A stretch of 64,000 nt of DNA from an uncultured Chloroflexia bacterium (GTDB taxonomy: Bacteria > Chloroflexota > Limnocylindria > Limnocylindrales > CSP1-4), in NCBI GenBank assembly GCA_963763775.1, contig CAVXPZ010000004.1, forward strand, positions 640,001 through 704,000, in the 5' to 3' direction. The position numbers and the translations under genes were made by a program. Under the pieces are notes generated by a model that saw only the letters and a list, made by a program, of their open reading frames with translations, ran no database searches and was not told where the DNA came from. Below are positions 12,977 through 23,844 of this stretch, piece by piece (the first letter of the stretch is position 1; every line of letters begins with the position of its first letter).

Positions 12977-13351
12977 ATGGCGACCTACGAGAAGTCACCG
13001 ATCGCGCTCGTGGAGCGGTTCACGTCGATCGTCGACACGCTTCCCGGGGTCGAGCGCCGTCAGATGTTCGGCAACCAGTGCATCTTCGTCGGCGGCAATC
13101 TCGTCAGCGGCCTCTTCGAGGACCAGTGGTTCGTGCGGTTGCCGCCGGACGACACGGCCGAGCTGGCCGGGCTCGGGGGCGTTCCGTTCTCGCCGATGCC
13201 GGGTCGCCCGATGCGGGCCTACACGATGATGCCGGCGGCCGTGATGGCCGACGAGGCCCAGATCCGGCGATGGGTCGACCGGTCGATCGAACTCGGGCGG
13301 ACCCTGCCGCCGAAGGCGAGCTCGACGGCGAAGCGCCCCACGAAGGGCTGA
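12977..13351 (+). CDS. TfoX/Sxy N-terminal domain-like protein
   Basis: RBS AGGAGG; RQMFG...FVGGN...GLF...FVRL, F.PMPGRPM..Y, LPPK. Confidence 0.8.
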   Translation: MATYEKSPIALVERFTSIVDTLPGVERRQMFGNQCIFVGGNLVSGLFEDQWFVRLPPDDTAELAGLGGVPFSPMPGRPMRAYTMMPAAVMADEAQIRRWVDRSIELGRTLPPKASSTAKRPTKG

Positions 13352-13375
13352 CGAGGTCGCGCGCCGGACGTCGAC

Positions 13376-13855
13376 CTACTCGACGGCCTCGCGCACCTGC
13401 TCCTCGAGTTCGGGGTCGAGCGTCGTCTGGATGATCGTGCCGCCCTGGATCGGGCGGAGCGCCGCGAGGACGGCATCCGGCTCGGCGTCCTTGACCAGGA
13501 CGAAGAGCGCGGAGTGGCCGGCGTCGAGCTTGTCGGTGACCTCGCGGACGAAGTCCTTGTCGATCCGGTCGCTGACGGCATGCCCGACCAGCGCCCCGCC
13601 GATCGCCCCGATGGCGATGCCGAGGACCGGGAAGAACATGAAGAGCAACAGGCCCAGTGCGCCGCCGATGGCCGCTCCGCCGAGGGTCCCGCCGTCGAGC
13701 GTGCCCTTGACGTGGGTCTTGCCGTCCGGATCCTTCTGGACGACGGCCGCGTCCGCGATGCCGGCAGCACCCGCGTGCTGGACGTCGCGGAGCGCATCGA
13801 GCGCCTGCGCCGCCGTCGCCTCCTGCTCGAACGCCACCACGATCAACTGGCTCAT
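13376..13855 (-). CDS. DUF1269-family membrane protein
   Basis: RBS GGAGG; LIVVAF, DAAVV.KD.DGK, glycine-zipper hairpin, [15 protein letters not shown]. Confidence 0.88.
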   Translation of the reverse strand: MSQLIVVAFEQEATAAQALDALRDVQHAGAAGIADAAVVQKDPDGKTHVKGTLDGGTLGGAAIGGALGLLLFMFFPVLGIAIGAIGGALVGHAVSDRIDKDFVREVTDKLDAGHSALFVLVKDAEPDAVLAALRPIQGGTIIQTTLDPELEEQVREAVE

Positions 13856-13938
13856 CACGACCTCCGGCGAGTTGGTCCGCCGGTCCACTCGGCGGTGGCC
13901 ACACAGTATCGGGCCCTCGGCTGGTAGGATGCGGGCCC

Positions 13939-15249
<1,311 letters not shown>

Positions 15250-15270
15250 CACGCGGTGGACGCACGGAAA

Positions 15271-15302
15271 CGGCCCCGTCGACCTCCCGGTCGACGGGGC
15301 CG
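15271..15302. terminator. Hairpin between convergent genes
   Basis: cggccccgtcgacc-tccc-ggtcgacggggccg, a 14-bp perfect stem; short U-tract on the minus strand. Confidence 0.75.
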
Positions 15303-15319
15303 CTGCTCGTCCGGCTCGA

Positions 15320-16720
15320 TCAGCCGATCCTGGCGGGCCGGATGTTCTGGTTGGAGCGGAACAGGTTCGTGGGGTCGTAGCGGCGCTTGATCTGCGACAG
15401 GCGCTCGTAGGTCTCGGGTCCGTACGCCTCGCGGATGCGGGCCTCGCCCTCACGCTCGAGGAAGTTCGAGTAGACCCCGACGGCGTTCGGTGCGAGCGCC
15501 TCGTGGAGCCCTTCGGTCCAGGCGACCTGCTCGTCGATCGTGTCGGGATCCTCGAACGGGTCGAGCACGGCGATCATGACCGCGGCGTCCCGATGGACGA
15601 ACGCCGTGGCGTCGGACGGGACCCGCGCCATCGCCCCACCCAGGATCCGGATCTGGACCATCGCCATCGGCGACGGGGCCTTCGCGATCGCGTCGAGCAT
15701 GGCATCGACCGCCGCGTCATCGATCCGGTCGAGGAACCGCGAGCGCGTGACCTCGAACCCGCGGCTCTCGGCGGCCTCCAGGAGGGCATAGATCCCTGGG
15801 TAGGGCATCGGCACCGCGAGCTCGGCCAGCGGCGTGGCCACCTGTCGGAACGGGGCGATGGCGGTCGCGCCGTCGGCGGCGTCGCCGACGTAGACGAACA
15901 TGACCGCGAGCGCCAGCTGGCCCACCTGCTCGGCGGGCACGAACGGCGCCGGCGGCATCCGCATCAGGAACGAGATCGTCGTGAGCTCCTCGGGCGCGCC
16001 CGCCGCGATCGGCACGAGGCGGCGAAGCACGTCGGCCGTGGGCGGCATGAACAGCGCCCCACCGAAGATGCCGTCGACCGGGTACAGCGCGAACTGGAAC
16101 CGCGTGACGATCCCGAAGTTGCCCCCGCCGCCGCGGACGGCCCAGAACAGGTCCGGATGCTCGTCCTCGCTCGCGGTCAGGATCCGGCCGTCGGCCGTGA
16201 CGATCTCCACCGCTCGCAGCGCATCGATCGCGAGCCCGTACTTGCGGACGAGCCAGCCGATGCCGCCACCAAGGGTCAGGCCGGCGATGCCCACGGAGCC
16301 GGTATCGCCGAACGGCGTCGCGAGGCCGTGCGCGGCCGCGGCCGTCGTGTACTCGCGCGCCGTGAGACCGGAGCCGGCCCAGGCCAGCCGCCGTTCGGGG
16401 TCGATATGCAGGCCCTTCATCGCCGTCATGTCGACCACGATCCCGCCGTCGACGGTGCCGTAGCCGGCCAGGCTATGGCCGCCGCTCCGGACCGCGAGAT
16501 CCATGCCGGTCTCGCTCGCGAACCGGACGGCCCGCGCGACGTCGGGGGCGCCGGCAGCGCGGACGATGATGGCCGGGCGCTTGTCGTCGTAGGCGGCGTT
16601 CCGGATCTGGCGGATCTCGTCGTAGGCGGCGTCGCCGGGTCGGATGACCTCGCCCTGGAGACCGGCTGCGAAGGCTTCGACGTCGGCGTCGTCGTGGGGG
16701 TTCGGACGGAAGGCTTGCAT
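15320..16720 (-). CDS. FAD-binding oxidoreductase (VAO/berberine-bridge type)
   Basis: VRSGGHS (covalent-FAD His), VGIAGLTLGGG, LFWAVRGGGGNFGIVT, KRRYDPTNLF. Confidence 0.93.
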   Translation of the reverse strand: MQAFRPNPHDDADVEAFAAGLQGEVIRPGDAAYDEIRQIRNAAYDDKRPAIIVRAAGAPDVARAVRFASETGMDLAVRSGGHSLAGYGTVDGGIVVDMTAMKGLHIDPERRLAWAGSGLTAREYTTAAAAHGLATPFGDTGSVGIAGLTLGGGIGWLVRKYGLAIDALRAVEIVTADGRILTASEDEHPDLFWAVRGGGGNFGIVTRFQFALYPVDGIFGGALFMPPTADVLRRLVPIAAGAPEELTTISFLMRMPPAPFVPAEQVGQLALAVMFVYVGDAADGATAIAPFRQVATPLAELAVPMPYPGIYALLEAAESRGFEVTRSRFLDRIDDAAVDAMLDAIAKAPSPMAMVQIRILGGAMARVPSDATAFVHRDAAVMIAVLDPFEDPDTIDEQVAWTEGLHEALAPNAVGVYSNFLEREGEARIREAYGPETYERLSQIKRRYDPTNLFRSNQNIRPARIG

Positions 16721-16915
16721 CGGGCGGCTCCTCGGTGGGGTGCACGGATGGTTGAGGTGACCCGATCCTCGGCGCGGCGCGGCCGCCCGTCAGCCGACGT
16801 GCGTCGGTCGTCGGACATGGACATCCGACGATGGCGTGTGGGCGCCCGAGCCGTCACCGCGGGCCGCCATGTGCCACGCTACTGGCCCGCCATCGACCGC
16901 ACGAAAGGAGCGCCC

Positions 16916-18073
16916 GTGTCTCGATTCGAATGGGTCAGCGAGAGCTGCCGGCTCCTCAAGCAGACGGGCGCCGAGTTCGACCGGACGCAGCCGTTCCGCG
17001 GCCTCCGCATCGGCACCGGCATCCACCTCGAGCCCAAGACGGCCGCCCTGCTGATGGTGCTCAAACGCGGCGGTGCCGACGTCGTGTCGACGGGCAACCT
17101 GAACTCGACGCAGGCCGAGACCGTGACGTACCTGCGGGAGCATGGCGTCACGGTCGTCGGCGGCCCGACGGCGGATCCCGAGGTCCACGACCGCGACCTC
17201 CGGGAGGTCCTGGAGGCCGAGCCGGACCTCATCCTCGACAACGGCGGCGACCTGTTCGCGCGCTACCTCGAGGCGCCGTGGCCCGGCCTCCTCGGCGGCA
17301 CCGAGGAGACGACGTCGGGTCGCGACCGCCTGCTTCCCCTTCGCGACCGGATCGCGAAACCGCTCCTCGTCATCAATGACAGCCCGATCAAGCAGTTCGC
17401 GGAGAACACGCACGCCGTCGGCCCCGGCACGGTCGAGGCCTTCATGCGCATCACGAACCGGATCACGAACGGCCGTCGCGTGACGGTGTTCGGTTACGGC
17501 TCGGTGGGCCGCGGGGTGGCGGCGTACTTCCGCAACTTCTACGCCGTCGTGTCGGTCGTGGAGCCGCAGCCCGTGCTCCAGCTCCGGGCGGTCCTCGACG
17601 GCGTGGAGGTCCCGGGCCGCGCGGCCGCCCTGGCCAGCGCCGACATCATCGTCACCGTGACGGGCGCCCCCGGGATCGTCACCGCCGCCGACCTGCCGCA
17701 CCTCCGCGACGGCGCGATCCTGATGAACTCCGGACATCTCCCGTGGGAGATCGACGTCGCCGGCATGACCGCGGACCCGTCCGTCGTGTCGGTCGACGAG
17801 GTCGTCGACGGGATCACGGCGCTCCACCTCGCCGATGGGCGCGTGGTCAACATCCTGACCGCGGGCCACATGGTCAACCTGGCCGGCCCACGCCCGCTCG
17901 GGAATTCCATCGAGTCGATGGACCTCGGGTTCACGCTGCAGGCTCGCTGCCTCGAGGCCGTCGCCACGGGCGCGGTGCCGGCGACGTCGTGCGTCGTGCC
18001 GGTCCCGGCCGCGATCGACGACGCGGTCGCCTCGGCCTACGTGACGCTCGTCAACGAGGGTCGGTCGACCTAG
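16916..18073 (+). CDS. ahcY: Adenosylhomocysteinase-like protein (divergent active site)
   Basis: RBS AAAGGAG then GTG; [37 protein letters not shown]. Confidence 0.8.
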   Translation: MSRFEWVSESCRLLKQTGAEFDRTQPFRGLRIGTGIHLEPKTAALLMVLKRGGADVVSTGNLNSTQAETVTYLREHGVTVVGGPTADPEVHDRDLREVLEAEPDLILDNGGDLFARYLEAPWPGLLGGTEETTSGRDRLLPLRDRIAKPLLVINDSPIKQFAENTHAVGPGTVEAFMRITNRITNGRRVTVFGYGSVGRGVAAYFRNFYAVVSVVEPQPVLQLRAVLDGVEVPGRAAALASADIIVTVTGAPGIVTAADLPHLRDGAILMNSGHLPWEIDVAGMTADPSVVSVDEVVDGITALHLADGRVVNILTAGHMVNLAGPRPLGNSIESMDLGFTLQARCLEAVATGAVPATSCVVPVPAAIDDAVASAYVTLVNEGRST

Positions 18074-19754
18074 CCCGTGCCCCGGTCGACCTGGCCGGCC
18101 GGCTGGTGCCGATAGAACGGGCGTCGTCTGGGGCGCGAGCGGCGTGTTGCCGATGATCAGGTCCGCGGCCTTCTCCGCGAGCATCATCACCGGCGCGTAG
18201 ATGTTGCCGTTGGTGACGTACGGCATCGCGGACGCGTCGACCACCCGCAGCCCGTCCAGGCCGTGGACCCGCATCGTCAACGGGTCGAGGACCGAGGCGT
18301 CGTCCACCCCCATCCGGGCGGTGCACGACGGGTGCAGCGCGGTCTCCGCGTCGCGAGCCACCCAGTCGCGGATCTCGTCGTCGCTGGTGACGACCGGGCC
18401 GGGCGACGTCTCGCCGCCGTTGTACGGGTCCATCGCCGGCTGGTCGAGGATCCGTCGCGAGACGTTCACCGCCTCGACCCACTCGCGTCGGTCCTGCTCG
18501 GTCGAGAGGTAGTTGAAGCGCAGCGCGGGGTGCACCCGCGGGTCCGTGCTCGTGAGCGACACGGTGCCGCGCGCGTCGGAGTACATCGGCCCGACGTGGA
18601 CCTGGTAGCCGTGCCCAGCGGCTCCGGCGCTCCCGTCGTAGCGGATCGCCAGCGGGAGGAAGTGGAACATCAGGTTCGGGTACGCGACGTCGTCGTTGCT
18701 GCGGGCGAACCCGCCCCCCTCGAAGTGATTCGTCGCGCCGGGACCGCTGCGCAGGAACAGCCACTGCGCCCCGATGAACGGCCGTCGCCACTTCTGCGTC
18801 GCGGACGGCTGCATCGAGACGGGCTGCAGGCTCTTGTACTGGATGTAGACCTCGAGGTGGTCCTGCAGGTGGTCGCCGACGCCCGGCAGGTCTGCGACCA
18901 TCGGGATCCCGAGCGCCTCGAGGTCCGCGGCCCGGCCCACACCGGAGAGTTGCAGCAGTTGCGGCGAGTTGATGGCGCCGCCGCACAGGAGGATCTCGCC
19001 GCCGCGGATCACCTCGCGACCGTCGCCCTTGGCGACCTCGACGCCCGACGGCGCGACGGCCCTCGAACACGATCCGGGTGACGAACGTGCGCGTCCGCAC
19101 GGTGAGGTTCTTCCGACCCATCACCGGATGGAGGTACGCGCGCGCCGCACTCAGCCGCCGGCCCTTGTGGATGTTCCGGTCGAACGGGGCGAAGCCCTCC
19201 TGCCGGTAGCCGTTGACGTCCTCGGTCAGGTGGTAGCCGGCCTGCTGGCACGCTTCGAAGAACGCCGTGAAGAGTGGGTTGGTGGCTGGGCCGCGCTCGA
19301 GGACGAGCGGGCCGTCGTGGCCGCGCCACGGGTCGTCGGCCGCGGCGGCCAGGCAGGTCTCCATCCGCTTGAAGTACGGGAGGCAGTGCGCGTAGTCCCA
19401 CGTCGCCATGCCCGGGTCGGCCGCCCAGCGCTCGTAGTCGAGCGGGTTGCCGCGCTGGAAGATCTGGCCGTTGATGCTCGACGAGCCGCCGAGGACCTTG
19501 CCTCGCGCGTGGTAGATCCGCCGGCCGCCCATGAAGGGCTCCGGCTCGGACTCGTACTTCCAGTCGTAGAAGCGACTGCCGATCGGGAAGGTCAGCGCGG
19601 CCGGCATGTGGATGAACGGGTCGATGCGCCAGTCCGACCGGCCGGCCTCCAGGACGAGCACGCTCGTGGCCGGATCGGCGCTCACGCGGTTGGCGAGCGC
19701 GCTCCCGGCCGAGCCGCCGCCGATGATGATGACGTCGAAGTGACCCTTGGGCAT
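18070..19754 (-). CDS. betA: Choline dehydrogenase (GMC oxidoreductase); frameshifts near 19050 and 18120
   Basis: [52 protein letters not shown]. Confidence 0.88.
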
Positions 19755-19831
19755 CGTCCGGCGATGCTAGCAGCGCCGCCGGGCGGTGGAGGGCGGTCCC
19801 GGCTCGCGGGCCGACGCGTCGTTCGGTGGGG

Positions 19832-21480
19832 TCAGGGCTTGACGCGGAAGGTCGCTGCGGGGCTGCGCAGGGAGAGCAGTCGCTTGCCGCCGACGCTGTA
19901 GACGCGGATCGGCGACCTTGTACGTGCCGGTGTGCCGCGTCGCCGAGACGTAGAACGTCGGCTTGAACGTGCGGACCACGCCCGCCTTGAACGCCTGGGC
20001 GTCGTAGACCTTGCGCAGCAGCCGCGTGCCCCTCGAGTCGTAGATCCGAACGTCCACCATCGCCTTGGTCGCCTTCGAGGCGCGGACGTTCACGGTCACG
20101 GTGACCGTGTGCTTGCGCGTGAGGCTGGCAGGCTTCACCGAGGCGCTCCGCGCCCATGTCAGCGCGGGCGGACCGGGCGGTGGCGGGACATACGGGGGCG
20201 GCGGCACGCCGTCGCCGAGCTCGAGCCCGCCCGAGCTGTAGTACGCGGCAGCACGCTCCCGGAAGTAGCCGCCATCGTCGTCCGCCGAGAGCGATGTGCG
20301 GCTGTTGCCGTTGATCGCCGGTGGGTCCGTGGTGCCGTCGTTCACGGCGTCGCAGGCGCATGTGGTCCCGCCGGCGCCCCCACCGAACAGGAGGGCGATC
20401 ACGCCGGCGTCGCGCCACAACGCCAGGTGCGTGCCACCCGGGTCGTCGAGGAACCACTGGACGCGGTTGTCCTGGTAGTGGCCCCAGCTGTCGTCCTGGG
20501 CGCGCATCTTGGTGTTGCCGAGCGGGATCTGCCAGACGACCACGCGATGGCCCGTCCCGGCGACATAGCCCTTGATGAAGCGCGCGTACCGCACGAAGTC
20601 GGCGTCGTCCCACCACGACGCGCCGCCGTCGCCGTACTGCGCCTCTTTGAAGGCGGCGTCGCGGTCGGCGATGTCGGTGAACGTGAGGTCGAAGTGCGCG
20701 CCGAGCGATGTGTAGAAGGCCGCGGCCCTGGCCGCCAGGGCGTCCACCTGCGGATCCGAGCTGTTCGAGTACGCGATGTCCGTGTTCGTGCCCCACACCG
20801 ACAGGTGATAGGCGAGGAGGACGTTGGGCGCGAGCTGATCCCGAAGCCGGACGATCGCCCGCGCGAACCCGGCGGCGGTGTTCGGCAGGTCCGCGAGCGC
20901 CGCGTCCCCGGAGCTCGCGACGGACGCTGGGATGGCGCTGGCATCGTCGGCCGTGCCGGTCGCCTGCTCGATGTAGCCCCACAGATCGGGCTCGACATGG
21001 AGGACCACGGTCGTAGTCGCCCGCCGCGCGCTGGAAGAAGAGCCGCAGGTCCGCGTACCAGGCCGCCATCGTGGCGGTGTTCCGGAGGTTGGACAGGTCC
21101 TTCGCCTGCTCTGTGCTGCCCGTCGCCGGGTTCGACTGCAGGAGCATGTAGTACGGGAAGACCGGCGTGACCCCGTGGGCCGCCGAGTCCTGCACGTAGT
21201 AGCTGACGAACTGCCCGTTCGTGTTCCAGGTGGCCCAGCCATTCCCCGTGTTCACGCCGCCGGCGAGGTACTGGTAGCGGAGCCCGAACGGGGCCGAACC
21301 GCGGAGCGCTGCGGCGCCGCCCGGCGCGTCGGCGAGCCCGATCTCGACGTGGTCGAACGGCCACGCGGCCGGAGGGTTCGGGCAACGGGTCGGCGGCGCG
21401 GACCGGCAGCGCTGGGGCCATGAGCAGGCCGGTGGCGACGAGGGCAGCGAGCAGGCGATGGACGAAGGGGCGGATCGTCA
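19832..21480 (-). CDS. Secreted glycoside-hydrolase-like protein with C-terminal beta-sandwich; three frameshifts, start uncertain
   Basis: Signal peptide ending VRA-AD; aromatic-rich domain (YQYLAGG, WATWN, HVEPDLWGY, DIADRD, WQIPLGN); Pro linker; basic beta-rich tail. Confidence 0.6.
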
Positions 21481-21623
21481 GGTCCTCAGCGTTCGCGCAT
21501 CGTCGGGCCGTTCCGGGTCGATGTCACTCCCACACTCGTCCCGGATGCGACCGTACGATGGGCTCGAGGCCCGAGACGGTCGCGCGCTCGCCTGCGACCC
21601 GGACATCGCCGCGCGGCGCCTGG

Positions 21624-21652
21624 TGGACACAGTTCACGTCGGTGTGTACTAT
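21624..21652 (+). promoter_or_regulatory. Sigma70-type promoter of a leaderless marR transcript with overlapping imperfect palindrome
   Basis: TGGACA-17 nt-TACTAT-6 nt-ATG; AGTTCAC-N6-GTGTACT at 21631-21650. Confidence 0.7.
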
Positions 21653-21658
21653 CCGCGC

Positions 21659-22117
21659 ATGACTGAACCATCACCGACGACCGCGGCACCCGATCCCGTG
21701 CTCGCGGTCGCTCGTGACCTGGCCATCGCGTTCCACGTCGGCACACCTCGCCATCAGGCGGCAGCACTCATCCGGGACCTGACCTTCGGCCAGGCCCGCC
21801 TGCTCTTCCTCCTGGACCGCGAAGGCCCGCAGCCGATGGGCCGCGTGGCCCACATCTTCGACCTCAGCAGTACGGCCTCCACCGGGTTCGTCGAGCGCGT
21901 CGAGCGCCACGGCCTCGTCGAGCGCCGACATCGGTCGGACGACCGGCGCGTCGTCGAATGCGCGCTCACCGACGCTGGCCGACGGACCGTCGAGGAGCTG
22001 TCGGGCGTGCGGATCGACGCGATGCGGCAGGCGCTCTCGGTCCTCGAGCCGGACGAGCTCGAGGCCTTCCATCGACTGATCCGCCAGGTCCTCGCCCGTC
22101 GGGTGCGGGCCGCATGA
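21659..22117 (+). CDS. MarR-family regulator
   Basis: LTFGQARLL...TGFVERVERHGLVER....DRRVV...LT..G. Confidence 0.9.
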   Translation: MTEPSPTTAAPDPVLAVARDLAIAFHVGTPRHQAAALIRDLTFGQARLLFLLDREGPQPMGRVAHIFDLSSTASTGFVERVERHGLVERRHRSDDRRVVECALTDAGRRTVEELSGVRIDAMRQALSVLEPDELEAFHRLIRQVLARRVRAA

Positions 22118-23844
22118 TCGCGCTGCTGCGGACCTACCTCAGCCCGTACAAGCGGCCGCTCCTGCTCGTCGTCTCCCTGCTGACGGTCCAGGCGCTCGCG
22201 ACGCTCTACCTGCCGGAGCTCAACGCCGACATCATCAACAACGGCGTGGCCAAGGGCGACACCGGCTACATCCTCCAGGTCGGCGCGGTGATGCTCGGGA
22301 TCTCGCTCGTCGTCGTGGTCTGCGCGGTCATCGGGGTCTACTGGGGCTCGAAGACCGGCATGTCGTTCGGCCGGGATGTCCGCGGGGCGATCTTCCGCAA
22401 GGTCGAGAGCTTCTCGCAGGCCGAACTCAACCAGTTCGGCACGCCGTCCCTCATCACCCGGAACACCAACGACGTCCAGCAGGTCCAGATGGTGGTCCTG
22501 ATGGGCCTGAACATGATGATCATCGCGCCGATCCTCGCGGTGGGCGGCGTGATCATGGCGCTCCGCCAGGACATCCCGTTGTCCGGGATCCTGATCGTGA
22601 TCCTGCCGATCATGGCGTTGATCGTCGGGACACTCATGACGCGGGCGCTGCCGATGTTCCAGCGGATGCAGGTCAAGGTGGACCGCGTCAACCAGGTCAC
22701 CCGCGAGGCCCTGAGCGGCGTCCGCGTCATCCGGGCGTTCGTGCGGACGCAGCACGAGGAAGTCCGCTTCGACGTCGCCAACCGCGACCTCACCGCCACG
22801 TCCCTGCAGGTCAACCGCCTCTTCGCCCTGATGATCCCGCTGCTGATGGCGGTCTTCAACCTCTCGACCGTCGCGATCCTGTGGTTCGGCAGCCTCCGCG
22901 TCGCCAGCGGCGAGATGCCGATCGGGAACCTGATCGCGTTCCTGCAGTACGTCATGCAGATCCTGATGGCCGTGATGATGGCGGTCTTCATGTTCGTGAT
23001 GGTCCCGCGGGCCGTCGTGTCGTCCGGCCGGATCCAGGAGGTCCTCCGCACCAAGGCCTCGATCGCGGACCCCGACGAGCCGGTCTCGGCCCCGGCGGGT
23101 GTGGGCTCGATGGCGTTCGAGGACGTGGAGTTCCGCTATCCCGGCGCCGAGGACCCGGTCCTGCGCGGCATCACGATGCGGATCGAGGCCGGCCAGACGA
23201 CGGCGATCGTCGGAAGCACGGGCAGCGGCAAGAGCACGCTCATCAACCTCATCCCCCGGTTCTACGACGTGACCGGCGGCACCCTCTCGATCGACGGCAT
23301 CGATGTGCGGTCGATCAACCGCGACGACCTCTGGGCCCGGATCGGCCTGATCCCGCAGAAGGCCTTCCTGTTCAGCGGGACGATCGCGAGCAACCTGCGA
23401 TTCGGCAAGGCCGACGCGACCGACGACGAGCTCTGGGCCGCCCTCCGGATCGCCCAGGCCGAGGATTTCGTCCGCGACCTCCCCGAGGGCCTCGAGGCCC
23501 CCGTGACCCAGGGCGGCATGAACCTGTCGGGCGGCCAGCGTCAACGCCTGGCGATCGCGCGGGCCCTCGTGAAGCGACCGGAGATCTACGTCTTCGACGA
23601 CAGCTTCTCCGCCCTCGACTTCAAGACGGACTCGCTCCTGCGCGCCGCCCTGGCCGAGGAGATCGTGGACGCGACCGTCGTGATCGTCGCCCAGCGTGTC
23701 GGCACGATCATGCAGGCCGACCGCATCGTCGTCCTTGACGGCGGCACGATCGCCGGCATCGGCACGCACGCCGAGCTGATGACCACCTGCGAGACCTATC
23801 GCGAGATCGTCTACTCGCAGCTCAGCCAGGAGGAGGCCGCGTGA
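22114..23844 (+). CDS. ABC exporter, fused permease/ATPase (degenerate-site half)
   Basis: GSTGSGKS, LSGGQRQ, Walker B FDDS, switch VAQR. Confidence 0.95.
   Translation: MIALLRTYLSPYKRPLLLVVSLLTVQALATLYLPELNADIINNGVAKGDTGYILQVGAVMLGISLVVVVCAVIGVYWGSKTGMSFGRDVRGAIFRKVESFSQAELNQFGTPSLITRNTNDVQQVQMVVLMGLNMMIIAPILAVGGVIMALRQDIPLSGILIVILPIMALIVGTLMTRALPMFQRMQVKVDRVNQVTREALSGVRVIRAFVRTQHEEVRFDVANRDLTATSLQVNRLFALMIPLLMAVFNLSTVAILWFGSLRVASGEMPIGNLIAFLQYVMQILMAVMMAVFMFVMVPRAVVSSGRIQEVLRTKASIADPDEPVSAPAGVGSMAFEDVEFRYPGAEDPVLRGITMRIEAGQTTAIVGSTGSGKSTLINLIPRFYDVTGGTLSIDGIDVRSINRDDLWARIGLIPQKAFLFSGTIASNLRFGKADATDDELWAALRIAQAEDFVRDLPEGLEAPVTQGGMNLSGGQRQRLAIARALVKRPEIYVFDDSFSALDFKTDSLLRAALAEEIVDATVVIVAQRVGTIMQADRIVVLDGGTIAGIGTHAELMTTCETYREIVYSQLSQEEAA

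Noticed and set aside
16721-16915. SAH riboswitch upstream of the ahcY-like gene
   Set aside because: I could not find the conserved riboswitch core by eye; an Rfam scan would be decisive.
18070-18073. Convergent genes sharing overlapping CTAG stop codons (also 59906-59909)
   Set aside because: A common compact-genome arrangement with no evidence of special function.
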